Under the pieces are notes generated by a model. The model was not told the DNA's origin, did no database searches, and saw only the letters and a list, made by a program, of their open reading frames with translations. DNA of 64,000 bases, from assembly GCA_943356415.1 (NCBI GenBank), contig CALREW010000002.1, forward strand, positions 128,325 to 192,324, given 5' to 3'. A program made the translations under genes and the position numbers. Shown here in pieces: positions 19,627 to 29,489 of this stretch; position 1 is the first letter of the stretch, and each line of letters opens with the position of its first letter. This DNA is from Candidatus Nomurabacteria bacterium. GTDB lineage: Bacteria; Patescibacteriota; Minisyncoccia; Phycocordibacterales; SBAW01.

Positions 19627-19748
19627 ACACCGATCTCCATCGATTCCACTCATCACCCATTTGGAGGGAGAACTGCCCCGGCGCATCGCCGGGGTTTCTC
19701 GTTGAAAGAGACTCTCCCCCCTGCTATACTCCCCCTACGTAAAGGCCC

Positions 19749-20279
19749 TTGGATACTCCCCGCGTAAACAAACAAATCCGCGCCCCTCAATTGCGCGTCA
19801 TCGGCCCCGAAGGCGAGAACTTCGGTGTTATGGAGTTTGCTGACGCCATGGCAAAAGCCGAGGAACTCGGTTTCGATCTCATTGAAATCTCCCCGAATGC
19901 CGTTCCTCCTATCGGCAAAATAATGGACTTCGGTAAGTACCAGTATCTTGAACAGAAAAAGCAGCGTGAGGTTAAACAGAAGTCCCACACCACCGAGACT
20001 AAGTCCGTGCAGGTGAAAATCGGTACCGGCGACCATGATATGGCTCTCAAAGCCAAGCGCTCTGCTGAGTGGCTCGGTGAAGGCCACCGCGTCAAAGTAG
20101 ACCTCTTCCTATGGGGCCGATACAAATATATGGAGTTCGCCTTCCTTAAGGAACGCTTGGAGCGCTTCCTCAAGCTTATCCCGGCTGATTTCAAAATTGC
20201 CGATCCAATAGCCAAGGGACCAAAAGGGCTTACTTGCGTAATTGAGAGGGCGTCCAAAACCAAGCCTGCCCAAGGTTGA
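19749..20279 (+). CDS. infC: translation initiation factor IF-3 (non-AUG start, TTG)
   Basis: RVNKQIRAPQLRVI, DLIEISPNAVPP, IMDFGKY, GHRVKV. Confidence 0.95.
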   Translation: MDTPRVNKQIRAPQLRVIGPEGENFGVMEFADAMAKAEELGFDLIEISPNAVPPIGKIMDFGKYQYLEQKKQREVKQKSHTTETKSVQVKIGTGDHDMALKAKRSAEWLGEGHRVKVDLFLWGRYKYMEFAFLKERLERFLKLIPADFKIADPIAKGPKGLTCVIERASKTKPAQG

Positions 20280-20352
20280 ATTCCCAAAGGGCTGGTGGTA
20301 TAGTCGTGGGGCTTCAGGCAGGCCTTTTGAGGGCCTTTTTGATTCAAATCCT

Positions 20353-20544
20353 ATGGCTATAAAGAGCAACAAATCATTCACTCGCCGCATAAAAATCACT
20401 CGAACTGGCAAGCTGGTTACCCGCAAGCCAGGTCAGAACCATTTCAATGCGAAAGAGTCGAGCTCGGGTCGCATGAACCGTCGCCGCAGCGGCTCGGTTG
20501 TACTTGATAGCAAGACCAGCCAACGCTATATCACTACTGCATAA
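20353..20544 (+). CDS. rpmI: 50S ribosomal protein L35
   Basis: KSNKSFTRRIKITRTGK..NHFNAK; lies between infC and rplT. Confidence 0.9.
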   Translation: MAIKSNKSFTRRIKITRTGKLVTRKPGQNHFNAKESSSGRMNRRRSGSVVLDSKTSQRYITTA

Positions 20545-20564
20545 CGCAACTTTCTTAAACTTTT

Positions 20565-20906
20565 ATGGCACGATCAAAAGGAGGTATTGGTGCAGCGAAG
20601 CGCCGCCGCAATGTACTAGCCCAGGTAAAGGGCTACCGTTTTGGCCGCTCCAAGAAGGAACGCATGGCCAAGGAGGCTATTGCGAAGGCGGGTAAATACT
20701 CTTTCGCCCACCGAAAGGATAAAAAGAACGACTACCGCCAACTCTTTATGATTCGCATTGGCGCGGGCCTCGGAGGTGCTATCTCATACAGCAAATTTAT
20801 CGGTGGACTGAAAAAGCAAGGTATTGTTATCAACCGCAAAATGCTTGCCGAACTTGCCGCTGATCATCCGAAAGCGTTCGACGCTATCGTCGCCAAAGTA
20901 AAGTAG
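20565..20906 (+). CDS. rplT: 50S ribosomal protein L20
   Basis: MARSKGG..KGYRFGRS..YSKFI..INRKMLAELA. Confidence 0.95.
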   Translation: MARSKGGIGAAKRRRNVLAQVKGYRFGRSKKERMAKEAIAKAGKYSFAHRKDKKNDYRQLFMIRIGAGLGGAISYSKFIGGLKKQGIVINRKMLAELAADHPKAFDAIVAKVK

Positions 20907-20954
20907 CATATGACCTCACCAAAACCCCGCCGCACGGCGGGGTTTTGGTATGTG

Positions 20955-21566
20955 CTATGCGATACGTTTACCTTGTCGCTTTTCGTTCTCGAAACGGAAC
21001 GTTGAATGATGCTCTTTGTCTTTGCGAACCATTTCCATAATCCGCTCAACGAGAGCTTTCGGGTCAGTGTCGAAAATAATCTTGTTGTTAGGGCGGTATG
21101 CTTTTTCGACAATCATCTTTATCACGTCATCGGTATCCCAATCAGCCTCAAGGATGCCTATCGGCTTATTGTCTTCAAATGCGATAGTAAATTCGTGAAT
21201 GGTCCCGATGCGTCCACAACCAAACAAAACGGCATCGGAGGAGCGCGTCAGTATCAAGTCACGTCCCGGATATCCAAATCCTGTATAGATAATGATATCC
21301 ATATGATCCGTGGGGAGCTGGTAGACTTCAACATGCTCCTTCTCGGAAGATGCCGGTGAAAAGCCGATGGAAAATCCTCCTGCTTCTTTTGCGCCCACCG
21401 CAGACCACATAGGGAACCCTGTGGTAGCGCCAGTGACAATGACACCGCCTTGTCGGACTATCTCATGACCAAGGAGCTTTGCCTTATCAAATGCATCGAG
21501 CCCACAGTGTCCGGTGTCAGCTGCTCCTGAAACGCAGATTTTAAAATAGTTGTAAATCTCTCCCAT
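20955..21566 (-). CDS. LOG/SLOG family protein (TIGR00725-like)
   Basis: IVTGATTG, GAKEAGG, RDLILTRSSDA, GRIGTIHE. Confidence 0.75.
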   Translation of the reverse strand: MGEIYNYFKICVSGAADTGHCGLDAFDKAKLLGHEIVRQGGVIVTGATTGFPMWSAVGAKEAGGFSIGFSPASSEKEHVEVYQLPTDHMDIIIYTGFGYPGRDLILTRSSDAVLFGCGRIGTIHEFTIAFEDNKPIGILEADWDTDDVIKMIVEKAYRPNNKIIFDTDPKALVERIMEMVRKDKEHHSTFRFENEKRQGKRIA

Positions 21567-21592
21567 GCAATCTCTTTTACAAACGTATTCTA

Positions 21593-22966
21593 CTACAAGT
21601 TCAAGTCTGCTTTCGTTCCCTGTTGTGGCGCTTCAGCCTGTATACCGATGAAATCACGGATGCGCTGCACAAGAAAGAGCGAACTCTTCGGCTCTCCCAT
21701 CACTACAAACACGCTCTGAAGTCGTCCGGCAGAGCGATGCACGAAAGAAAGGAGGCCTTCTGTATCGCGATGTGCTGAATATCCGTAAATAGTCTCAACG
21801 TGTGCCCGTACTTCAATCTTTTCTTTATGAACTGAGAGCGTCTTTGCACCTTCAATAAGCTGGCGACCAATGCTTCCTGCTGCTTGGTAACCGACAATAA
21901 GCAAGGTGTTGTGCTCGTCGGGAAGATATACCCGTTCATGACTTAGCACGCGACCACCTTGTGACATGCCCGAGCCTGCGATGATGATTTTCGCGTCTTG
22001 ATTCTTATGAATTGCAGCGCTCTCTTGCGGCGAAGTGACAAACCGCAGTTCAGGGAAGGAAAAGAGCTTCTCCCCTCTCTCTACGCGCTGACGTATCTCA
22101 TCCCTGAAGTAGTTCGGATGGGCGCTGAACGCTTCGGTAATCTTGATTGCGAGCGGTGAATCAACATACACCAACATTGGAGGAACTTTCTTTTCGTGAA
22201 ATAGATTTCGTATTTCAAATATAAGGTCCTGTGTACGCTCAGTTGAAAAGGCCGGTATAAGAAGCGTGCCTCCGCGAGAAGCAGTTGCTTCTATGACACG
22301 CTCAAGTTGCAGCGCCCTGTCTTCAACATGCTCTTGTTTCTTATCGCCATACACGCTTTCCATCACAAAGTAGTCCGCATTGTCTACATCATCGACGGGG
22401 CCTACTAACAACGAATGGTCATTACCGAGGTCGCCGGTAAAGACAATGCGATTATTTCCCCGCACAATCTCTACCATCGCTGAACCGAGGATATGTCCTG
22501 CATTGAGTAAGCGTGCTTGGTATCCGTGCGGGAGTTGAATTTCTTGCTGGTACGGCACTCCTTTCCAAAGGACGAGAGCGGCGCGAACATCCTCAACGCT
22601 ATAGAGAAGCTCCTTTCCGTCGTCTCGCGCTTCGCGTGCAAGGAGTGCTTGACTGTCGAGAAGAAGCGGCTCTGCAAGCGCGCGCGTTGCTTCAGTCGAG
22701 ATAATGGTTCCGCGAAATCCTTCGCGTACGAGTTTGGGTATCCGGCCGATATGGTCGATGTGCGCGTGAGTGACAAGGAGATGTGAGATGGAGGCGGGCG
22801 CATAAGGGAACGGTTTTTCGTTAGTCGCCTCCGCATACGCACTCCCCTGAAAAAGACCACAATCAACGAGTATGCCGTCCTTGCCAAGGGCTGAAGCATC
22901 TTCGAGTAAAAAATTTGCTCCAGTTACCGAACCTGCACCCCCGCAAAAATGAAGAGTGCTTTTCAT
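21593..22966 (-). CDS. MBL-fold beta-CASP ribonuclease
   Basis: DCGLFQG, THAHIDHIG, AGHILGSA, MESVYG, AGSGM, YSAH. Confidence 0.92.
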   Translation of the reverse strand: MKSTLHFCGGAGSVTGANFLLEDASALGKDGILVDCGLFQGSAYAEATNEKPFPYAPASISHLLVTHAHIDHIGRIPKLVREGFRGTIISTEATRALAEPLLLDSQALLAREARDDGKELLYSVEDVRAALVLWKGVPYQQEIQLPHGYQARLLNAGHILGSAMVEIVRGNNRIVFTGDLGNDHSLLVGPVDDVDNADYFVMESVYGDKKQEHVEDRALQLERVIEATASRGGTLLIPAFSTERTQDLIFEIRNLFHEKKVPPMLVYVDSPLAIKITEAFSAHPNYFRDEIRQRVERGEKLFSFPELRFVTSPQESAAIHKNQDAKIIIAGSGMSQGGRVLSHERVYLPDEHNTLLIVGYQAAGSIGRQLIEGAKTLSVHKEKIEVRAHVETIYGYSAHRDTEGLLSFVHRSAGRLQSVFVVMGEPKSSLFLVQRIRDFIGIQAEAPQQGTKADLNL

Positions 22967-23349
22967 ACCGTATGTGTAGGGTCAACGGTTCGATGTGCCC
23001 ACCAAATGGCGAGACCGCCTCCAAGCACGTCAGCGCAAAGATCTTGTAGCGTATCGCTCGTAAATCCAGCCTCAAGAAATGCAGTGGTGCCAACAAGATA
23101 TTCAAAAATTTCCCACGAAACTCCAATGCAAAGTAATAGTACAAATGCAACGTGCGGTGTCCATTGTCGCGAAATACCCCAAGACGCAACAATGTAAGAG
23201 AGCACTCCAACCATACCAGCTGCGGCTATGTGCACCGGAAAATCAAACCATGGCAAAGACCAATACAGCGCAAAGTGAATGGCGAGTGCGTGTGCGGTTG
23301 CAGCAAACACCGCCAAAAGAGCTGCAACGATAAAAAGACGAGTGCGCAT
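22963..23349 (-). CDS. small membrane protein (VanZ/DUF2238-like)
   Basis: WFDFPVH ... WEIFEY ... DTLQDLCADVLGG; start ATG 23349 preceded by TATACT. Confidence 0.6.
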   Translation of the reverse strand: MRTRLFIVAALLAVFAATAHALAIHFALYWSLPWFDFPVHIAAAGMVGVLSYIVASWGISRQWTPHVAFVLLLCIGVSWEIFEYLVGTTAFLEAGFTSDTLQDLCADVLGGGLAIWWAHRTVDPTHTV

Positions 23350-23426
23350 AGAAGCAAGTATAACAATCAGATACCTAGAAACGAGAAACCTCCGTCGTCG
23401 GTTTCCCGTGCGGAGGTCTGCTCGAT

Positions 23427-23552
23427 GGGATCCAAGAAGTATCGTCCTGGTATATACCAGGTGGGTGCCCGCAGCGGACGCGAATGCTGTTGCAGTCGTG
23501 CCGCGATATGAGGCTCCCTGACGATAATCAAGGACGCAACTTCCTGAATCCT
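23427..23552 (-). ncRNA. ssrS: 6S RNA (compact)
   Basis: 5' GGAUUCAGGAAGU..CGUCCU pairs with 3' AGGACG..ACUUCUUGGAUCC; central bubble; 6S-type GGGAGC and GGCACCCACCUG; TATACT just upstream; terminator 23374-23417. Confidence 0.75.
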
Positions 23553-23664
23553 GCACAAAGTATAACAAAGGTCATATTTCGCACCTGTGCATAGCGCATT
23601 AGAACACATCGCCTTAAAAAGAGTCGGCCCCGCCTTACGGCGGGACCGGTGCTCTGACGCGCCC

Positions 23665-23937
23665 TTAGTGGGCGGTCCTCAGTCGGCGCAGCGGCCGAGC
23701 GAAGACCGTGTACCCGTTCGGGCTACGCATGGGAGCGAGCTCCCATTTCTCCCCCGGCTGCGGAAGAAGCCCTTCATCCTCTTCGACGACGATCTTGAAG
23801 CGATCGCCGCCGTAGCGGAAGTGAGCCCACAGCTCCCGCTTGTGGTCGTAGACCTGCTCGCGCAGGCAGACCTGGAAGCGGCTGGGGAAGTCGGCGGGGA
23901 GCCGATGGTAGTAGTAGACGTTCTTGGCGTTCGCCAT
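23665..23937 (-). CDS. small hypothetical protein (GC-rich cassette)
   Basis: AGGAAGGA SD before ATG 23937, GC3-rich, hairpin about 23625-23650. Confidence 0.55.
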   Translation of the reverse strand: MANAKNVYYYHRLPADFPSRFQVCLREQVYDHKRELWAHFRYGGDRFKIVVEEDEGLLPQPGEKWELAPMRSPNGYTVFARPLRRLRTAH

Positions 23938-24135
23938 GATGGCGTTCCTTCCTGAAATAGAGTGCTGCCGCACCCTATCAGGTCAGAACACCATTGTTCA
24001 AAAACCTTAGAGTGCAGCTGTCAAAGACAAGCTACGCTCTACGTACTAGAACCAGCGACATGGGCGCCTCCATAAGTGGTGTACAGACGCGAATATTTAA
24101 CTAAGTTTATTAAAAATGTCAAGACCCGTCAGACC

Positions 24136-24702
24136 CTACTTGTCTCCTTCTTTCTTTACAGGTTTTTTAAAATAAACCGGTTCCTCTTTTGTCTCAGTCC
24201 CTTCAACCACCGGCTCAGTTCCCCAAACCAAGGCATGACTGGACCAAAAAGTACGTGCAGCGTCATTTGCATTCTTATCCCACGGTTCAACTTCAGACTT
24301 CGGTCCCATATACGCAAACAGACAAATATATTGATTCTGCCCGGGTTCTTTGTCACGCAAAAGACCGAACGTTATACTCGATGTCGGTTCAGGTTCACGC
24401 CCCTTTACAAATCGGGTTAATTCTTGCCTCCCTTGTCGTTGTGCAAAAATAATCTCATCACCTTCCTTCGTTTCAATACACACCGAACGCCCAACCTCTC
24501 TACCGAAATCTACCGATTCCGTAATAAATGGGCGATCTTTGGGTTCAACGGAAGCAAGCGCCTGCGAAAGAAGACTTTTAATATTGCCCTGATTATGAAT
24601 ATGGCTCGAGGCTCGATCTCTCACAACCGTCCCTCCTTTTAAAAAACCGAGGATGGGGGTGGTGGGGTATTCGCGCCCAGACGATTGACTCCTTCCTTCC
24701 AT
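24136..24702 (-). CDS. hypothetical protein
   Basis: 188-aa ORF immediately downstream of ndk, same strand. Confidence 0.7.
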   Translation of the reverse strand: MEGRSQSSGREYPTTPILGFLKGGTVVRDRASSHIHNQGNIKSLLSQALASVEPKDRPFITESVDFGREVGRSVCIETKEGDEIIFAQRQGRQELTRFVKGREPEPTSSITFGLLRDKEPGQNQYICLFAYMGPKSEVEPWDKNANDAARTFWSSHALVWGTEPVVEGTETKEEPVYFKKPVKKEGDK

Positions 24703-24712
24703 CTACATTTCT

Positions 24713-25297
24713 TTAAGCGTCTATACCGAACCTTGGATACTTAAAGATAGGAGACTTCCCAAACCAGTGCTCTATTTCGTGTGCTGCCTCTTCAGGAGTT
24801 TCTGACGCATGGACGAGGTTAAAGACTGCGCGCTTCTCAGCGTTAGCAATAGCCGGAGAGTCTGCAGAGTAATCCCCGCGGATAGTGCCCATCTCAGCTA
24901 AATACGGCATGGTGGGTCCAACTATTTTGCGAACCATATCTACCGCATGCACACCTTCAACAACCATACGCACCATTGGCGCGGATGTCATAAAATCCAT
25001 GAGCCATGTGCGCACTACCTTCCCTATTTCAACATTCTCGGTGGTACCAAAATCTTTTACGATATCGTAGCCGTATTTTTCATACGTGTGCTTGGTCTTC
25101 TCGCCAATGCGAGTGAGCCATGCGTCATCCTTTGGGTAGTGTGCGTCCATTGCCTCATGCGTTGACTCAAACATCTCGAGCGCGACTATCTTCAAATCAC
25201 GTTGCTCAAAGCGCTTGATTATCTCACCGATGAGGCCCTTACGGACACCATCAGGTTTAACGAGCACGAATGTCTTTTCTTCTTTTGGGTTTTTCAT
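24713..25297 (-). CDS. ndk: nucleoside-diphosphate kinase
   Basis: TFVLVKPDGVRKGLIGEII, GTIRGDY, NLVHASE. Confidence 0.95.
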   Translation of the reverse strand: MKNPKEEKTFVLVKPDGVRKGLIGEIIKRFEQRDLKIVALEMFESTHEAMDAHYPKDDAWLTRIGEKTKHTYEKYGYDIVKDFGTTENVEIGKVVRTWLMDFMTSAPMVRMVVEGVHAVDMVRKIVGPTMPYLAEMGTIRGDYSADSPAIANAEKRAVFNLVHASETPEEAAHEIEHWFGKSPIFKYPRFGIDA

Positions 25298-25336
25298 AGA
25301 TATAGAAAAATGCTGCTTTCGCAGCGTTGACGCGAC

Positions 25337-28057
25337 TTAGGAATAGCGGGCCATAACCTCAGCCTCCACCTCCGCACGATCGCGTCCGTACTTAACGTAC
25401 GACATTTGGCGTAGCTGGTCAACGGTTTCCATGGTCCCCGCCTTGAAGGCGACCGTCTCAAGAGTGAACGGTTTCTCTGGCTTGTTGCGCAACAAAAGAC
25501 GCACAACCGCGTTCTGATTGTCGATAGCGATGAGGTCTGCCTCAGAAACCGCAGGTGCGAAGAACGGCGCCAATGTCTTTGCATCCTCAGGGCCCACACG
25601 GAAAGCGCACAAGGAGCCGACGTTGCCGAAGACGGCATCACGTATCTCGTCGGTGAGTTGTGCGATGAACTGGTGCGCCACCGTGAGCGAGAGCTTGTAT
25701 TTGCGAGCTTCGCTGAAGATGGTTGCAATCGACGGCGTCGTGAAATTCTGGAATTCGTCTATGTGGAGATAGAACGGCGGCAACTCCTTACCAAAAGAAT
25801 CGGCTCGGGAGAGAGCCGCGATAAGGAATTTGCCGACGATAATGAGACCGAGCAAGTTGGCGTTGAGGTCGCCGATGCGGCCTTTGGCAAGATTTACAAG
25901 CAATATCTTCTTCTGGTCCATGATAGACCTGAAGTCGAAGGCGGAGTTTTGTTGGGAAATAATAGGTCGCATTATCTCGTTTGACGTAAAGACGTCGAAC
26001 TTACTTGTGACGTACGGACCATAGTTTTCAAGTCCCTGCTCGCCTGAAGCCTGCAGTGCAATGCCGCGCCAGAACTGTGCAACTACCGGGTTTTTGCAGC
26101 GCGAAAGCTTCAGCTCACGGAACGCAGGATCAGAGAAAATGCGGCCGATATCAAGCAACGTAGAGCCTGAAGCCGGGTCTTCCATAACAAGGAGTGCCGC
26201 ATTACGGAAGTACTGCTCAAATGCCGGACCCATAGACTCTGGTATTGCCCCGAAGAGCTTTTTGAAGATACCGAGAAGTTCGTCGACAACGAGCGATTTT
26301 TGTTCTGGGTAACGTGTATCGTACTCGAGCATGTTGACGCCGATAGGTCGCGAAACCTCACCCGGGTCAAAGTAGATAACATCCCCTGCCCGCTCAGGTG
26401 GTATTGCGGAGAGCACCTCCATCACGTCGGAGCCGTGCGGGTCGATAAAACAGACGCCCGCGCCTGAACGGATATCGTGCATGATGACATTCTTCAGGAA
26501 CGTCGATTTACCGGTACCCGTCTGACCAATGACATAGAAGTGGCGTAGGCGGTCGCTGTCCGGCAAATGCACCTCCTGCGTGCCGCCACCATACCGGTTG
26601 AGCCCGAGCAGTGCACCCTCGCTAGGAAGATCCGGGGGCGCCGAAACTTGTACGGACTTCACTTGTCGCAATCCTGGCGCACTCTCTATACCAACCGGCG
26701 GCAAATGCGCCATGGTGGTCAGTTCCGAGAGAGACATCGGCAAGGCGGCATTTTTATCGTACGTGCGGTAAATAAGCTTACGCAAAAATCGCGATACCGA
26801 AGCGCGCTTTACTGTCTTAAAAATAAGGGTGTTCCCTGCCGTGTCGGTAAATTGTTTGAACGATGCTTCGATAGAACGCACAATGGCTCCCGCACGCTCA
26901 GGCGTTGACGCACCGGCAACGAGACGAATGTTTACTTTTACAATCGGGGTTTTTATCTTTTTCTCAATATTTTTTACCCGAGGATCAGCGTCGCGAGTTG
27001 CACCTGATTCTTTCTTCTTTGGCGGAAAGAAAAAGACTTGGAGTGCTTTGACCGCTTTCCCAAGCACTGTCTTGCGGATATCGGTCGCGCTTTGTACTGA
27101 GATACCTTCGTGTATCTGTTCGAGGGCGTACTGATATTTCGCCAAAAGTCCTCCGTCACGCGGTTCAATCACAAACTGTATGACGGCTCCCTCCCGATCC
27201 CGATCCAGTTTGTTAAACGTTGAAAGTACGATGTTAAGCGGGTCGTATTCAAACTCGTCATACGTCTTTAGCGCGTAGATATCACGCTTGGTAAAACGCG
27301 CCTCAGAAGCCGACGCGTACGCGTTTTCTCCAAAGAGATTGTAATCGTCGTTGCGGCGCGAGAGACGTGCTTTTGGAAATACCGAAAGCAACTGGCGCTC
27401 AAAGAGTTCGGACACCTCAGTCGGAACCGCCGCATAAAACGAAGCCGAACTCATGCCAACCGGATTAGCAAGTTCAAAAACAATATGATTATTTGACGTG
27501 CGCGAGCCTTTGGTTGAAAGGAGTCCTTGATAGAGCTGCTCCATTGAGGCAATGAGCTCTTTGAGTGGTCGTCGCTTCTCTTCAGCCTCAACATTCTCTG
27601 GCAAAATAATGTCGTAAAGTACCATGTTCAAATCACGCGCTAGTGCCGTTTTGCTCTCAAGACCGCGCGCGTTATTTCCGTCAGCTAAATACGCAACGAG
27701 CAACCGATGAAAGTCGTCTATGAGGTGTGGGTTTTTGGTTGCTTCAACCGCAGCCATGGCTCTCCAGACACCTTTCTCCTGGAGAATGCCTATGAGTTCT
27801 CCCATCTTTTCGTCATGCATCTCAGGTGGAAGCGAGAGATGGACCGCATCTGGGTGCGCTTGGGCTTCCTCGTGGAGTGCTTCCGGTACCGCTTGGCGAT
27901 GTTCTGCGACCACGTGCGCGACAGCGCGCTCCCGCGGACGCTCGGTATTTGTTTGCGCCAAAGCAGTCTCCGCCTCGCTTACACGCGAGCGAAGATAATC
28001 TAATTCTTCCTCCGGACTCGAGAACGAGCGCGGGGCGCTTTGCGCCATCCCTTCCAT
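25337..28057 (-). CDS. TraD/VirD4/HerA-like P-loop ATPase (T4SS coupling-protein type)
   Basis: RHFYVIGQTGTGKS, IDPHG, LHIDEFQNF, SEARKY, AHQFIAQL, GNVGS. Confidence 0.85.
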   Translation of the reverse strand: MEGMAQSAPRSFSSPEEELDYLRSRVSEAETALAQTNTERPRERAVAHVVAEHRQAVPEALHEEAQAHPDAVHLSLPPEMHDEKMGELIGILQEKGVWRAMAAVEATKNPHLIDDFHRLLVAYLADGNNARGLESKTALARDLNMVLYDIILPENVEAEEKRRPLKELIASMEQLYQGLLSTKGSRTSNNHIVFELANPVGMSSASFYAAVPTEVSELFERQLLSVFPKARLSRRNDDYNLFGENAYASASEARFTKRDIYALKTYDEFEYDPLNIVLSTFNKLDRDREGAVIQFVIEPRDGGLLAKYQYALEQIHEGISVQSATDIRKTVLGKAVKALQVFFFPPKKKESGATRDADPRVKNIEKKIKTPIVKVNIRLVAGASTPERAGAIVRSIEASFKQFTDTAGNTLIFKTVKRASVSRFLRKLIYRTYDKNAALPMSLSELTTMAHLPPVGIESAPGLRQVKSVQVSAPPDLPSEGALLGLNRYGGGTQEVHLPDSDRLRHFYVIGQTGTGKSTFLKNVIMHDIRSGAGVCFIDPHGSDVMEVLSAIPPERAGDVIYFDPGEVSRPIGVNMLEYDTRYPEQKSLVVDELLGIFKKLFGAIPESMGPAFEQYFRNAALLVMEDPASGSTLLDIGRIFSDPAFRELKLSRCKNPVVAQFWRGIALQASGEQGLENYGPYVTSKFDVFTSNEIMRPIISQQNSAFDFRSIMDQKKILLVNLAKGRIGDLNANLLGLIIVGKFLIAALSRADSFGKELPPFYLHIDEFQNFTTPSIATIFSEARKYKLSLTVAHQFIAQLTDEIRDAVFGNVGSLCAFRVGPEDAKTLAPFFAPAVSEADLIAIDNQNAVVRLLLRNKPEKPFTLETVAFKAGTMETVDQLRQMSYVKYGRDRAEVEAEVMARYS

Positions 28058-28082
28058 GCGCTTCAGTATAACGTGGAATGCA

Positions 28083-28847
28083 CTAAGCTACGGTCACAAC
28101 TTCAGCACCTTTCGCGGTAATGACAACCGTGTGTTCAAAATGCGCAGAGAGTGACTTATCAAATGTGCGATAGGTGTATCCATCTTTCATAAGTTCAATA
28201 TCATCCCCACCGATGTTAAACATCGGTTCAAGCGCAAGCACCATACCTTCTTCAAGCACCGGGCCCGTGCCTGCTTTCCCATAGTTAGGAACAAACGGCA
28301 ATTCGTGAACCTTGTGCCCAACGCCATGACCTCCGAGTTCACGCACAATGCCGTACCCTGCTTTTACTGCAAAAGCTTCTATGGCGGAGGAAATATCTCC
28401 GATGCGATTGCCAGGCACAACCTGCGAAATGCCTGCTTTGAGTGCGTCCTTTGTAACCTTCAAAAGCTCAGCCACTTCAGACGACACCTTCCCGACAGGT
28501 ACGGTACGTGCCATATCAACAATAAGACCTTTATGTGAGAGTCCGAGATCGAGGCCAACAATGTCTCCTTCTTTAAGCACGCGCGTACCGGGGAGTCCGT
28601 GAACGACTTCCTCGTTTACTGAGATACAAACAGTTGCGGGAAATGGAAAATCCGCACCGTCGGGCTGGTAGTTAAGAAATGCTGGTTCATCACCTCCGTC
28701 ACGAATGAGTTTTTCGGCAAGAGTATCGAGTTCTTTGGTGGTAACGCCAGGGCGCACAGCCGCTTCAACCGCATCAAGTACTCGTGCGAGGCGTTTACCT
28801 CCCACGCGAAGTGCTTGTATATCTTCTTTTGACTTAAGGCGACTCAT
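28083..28847 (-). CDS. map: methionine aminopeptidase type I
   Basis: CISVNEEVVHGLP, GDIVGLD, GHGVG..HE, EPM, SAHFEHT. Confidence 0.97.
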   Translation of the reverse strand: MSRLKSKEDIQALRVGGKRLARVLDAVEAAVRPGVTTKELDTLAEKLIRDGGDEPAFLNYQPDGADFPFPATVCISVNEEVVHGLPGTRVLKEGDIVGLDLGLSHKGLIVDMARTVPVGKVSSEVAELLKVTKDALKAGISQVVPGNRIGDISSAIEAFAVKAGYGIVRELGGHGVGHKVHELPFVPNYGKAGTGPVLEEGMVLALEPMFNIGGDDIELMKDGYTYRTFDKSLSAHFEHTVVITAKGAEVVTVA

Positions 28848-29437
28848 TAGAGCTTAGAAAGGTGATCGAGTACATCCTGGTGAACAACCTCGATCGGTCT
28901 TTCTCCTTCAATATCAATAACTTTTCCTTTTTGTCTAAAAAATTCTATGGCCGGACCGGTCTTGGCTTCGTACTCCGCAAATCGAACTTTGAGTTTTTCT
29001 TCTGAGTCGCTCTCGGGGCGACTCTCAACACCCGCGCGCGCAAGTTGGCGGCGCATCGATTCTTCCTGTGAGATAGAGAGGCAGAACATAACATACGGTC
29101 TGCGCAACCACTCCATGACGTCATCGAACTGTTGCGCCTCAAAAACCGTCTTTGCCGTACTCTCGTGAATAATGCCGACGTTTAGGGGACGATGGAGTGT
29201 CACTTCCTGGAAGAGAAACGTCGAAAACCATGGGGGCATGAGCAAGCCTCCATCGTATTGTTCGCGGATGCGCTTAGCCAAATCGCTTTCGCCCACTCGA
29301 AGTTCACGGTAGCGGCCTCCAGTAGAAAACACCTCGAAGCCCGTCTTTTCAGACAGGAGTTTTGATTGCACGCCCTTCCCTGAGCCGGTCTGGCCCATGA
29401 AGAGGATGGTTTTGATATTTGGGGTGAATTCAGCCAT
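28847..29437 (-). CDS. adk: adenylate kinase family protein
   Basis: MGQTGSGKGVQ, STG, GLLMP; directly upstream of map. Confidence 0.85.
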   Translation of the reverse strand: MAEFTPNIKTILFMGQTGSGKGVQSKLLSEKTGFEVFSTGGRYRELRVGESDLAKRIREQYDGGLLMPPWFSTFLFQEVTLHRPLNVGIIHESTAKTVFEAQQFDDVMEWLRRPYVMFCLSISQEESMRRQLARAGVESRPESDSEEKLKVRFAEYEAKTGPAIEFFRQKGKVIDIEGERPIEVVHQDVLDHLSKL

Positions 29438-29489
29438 ATGCGAACACAAGCACCATAGCATAGCCGCAGCCTTCTGCTATAGTGCCTCG

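Noticed and set aside
22963-23568. 201-aa version of the membrane protein in the ORF track
   Set aside because: The 5' extension crosses the 6S RNA and its terminator; ATG 23349 has its own -10.
25337-28057. Conjugative element suggested by the TraD/VirD4-like ATPase
   Set aside because: No relaxase, VirB genes or att sites; it is embedded among housekeeping genes, as is typical for this ATPase family in CPR.
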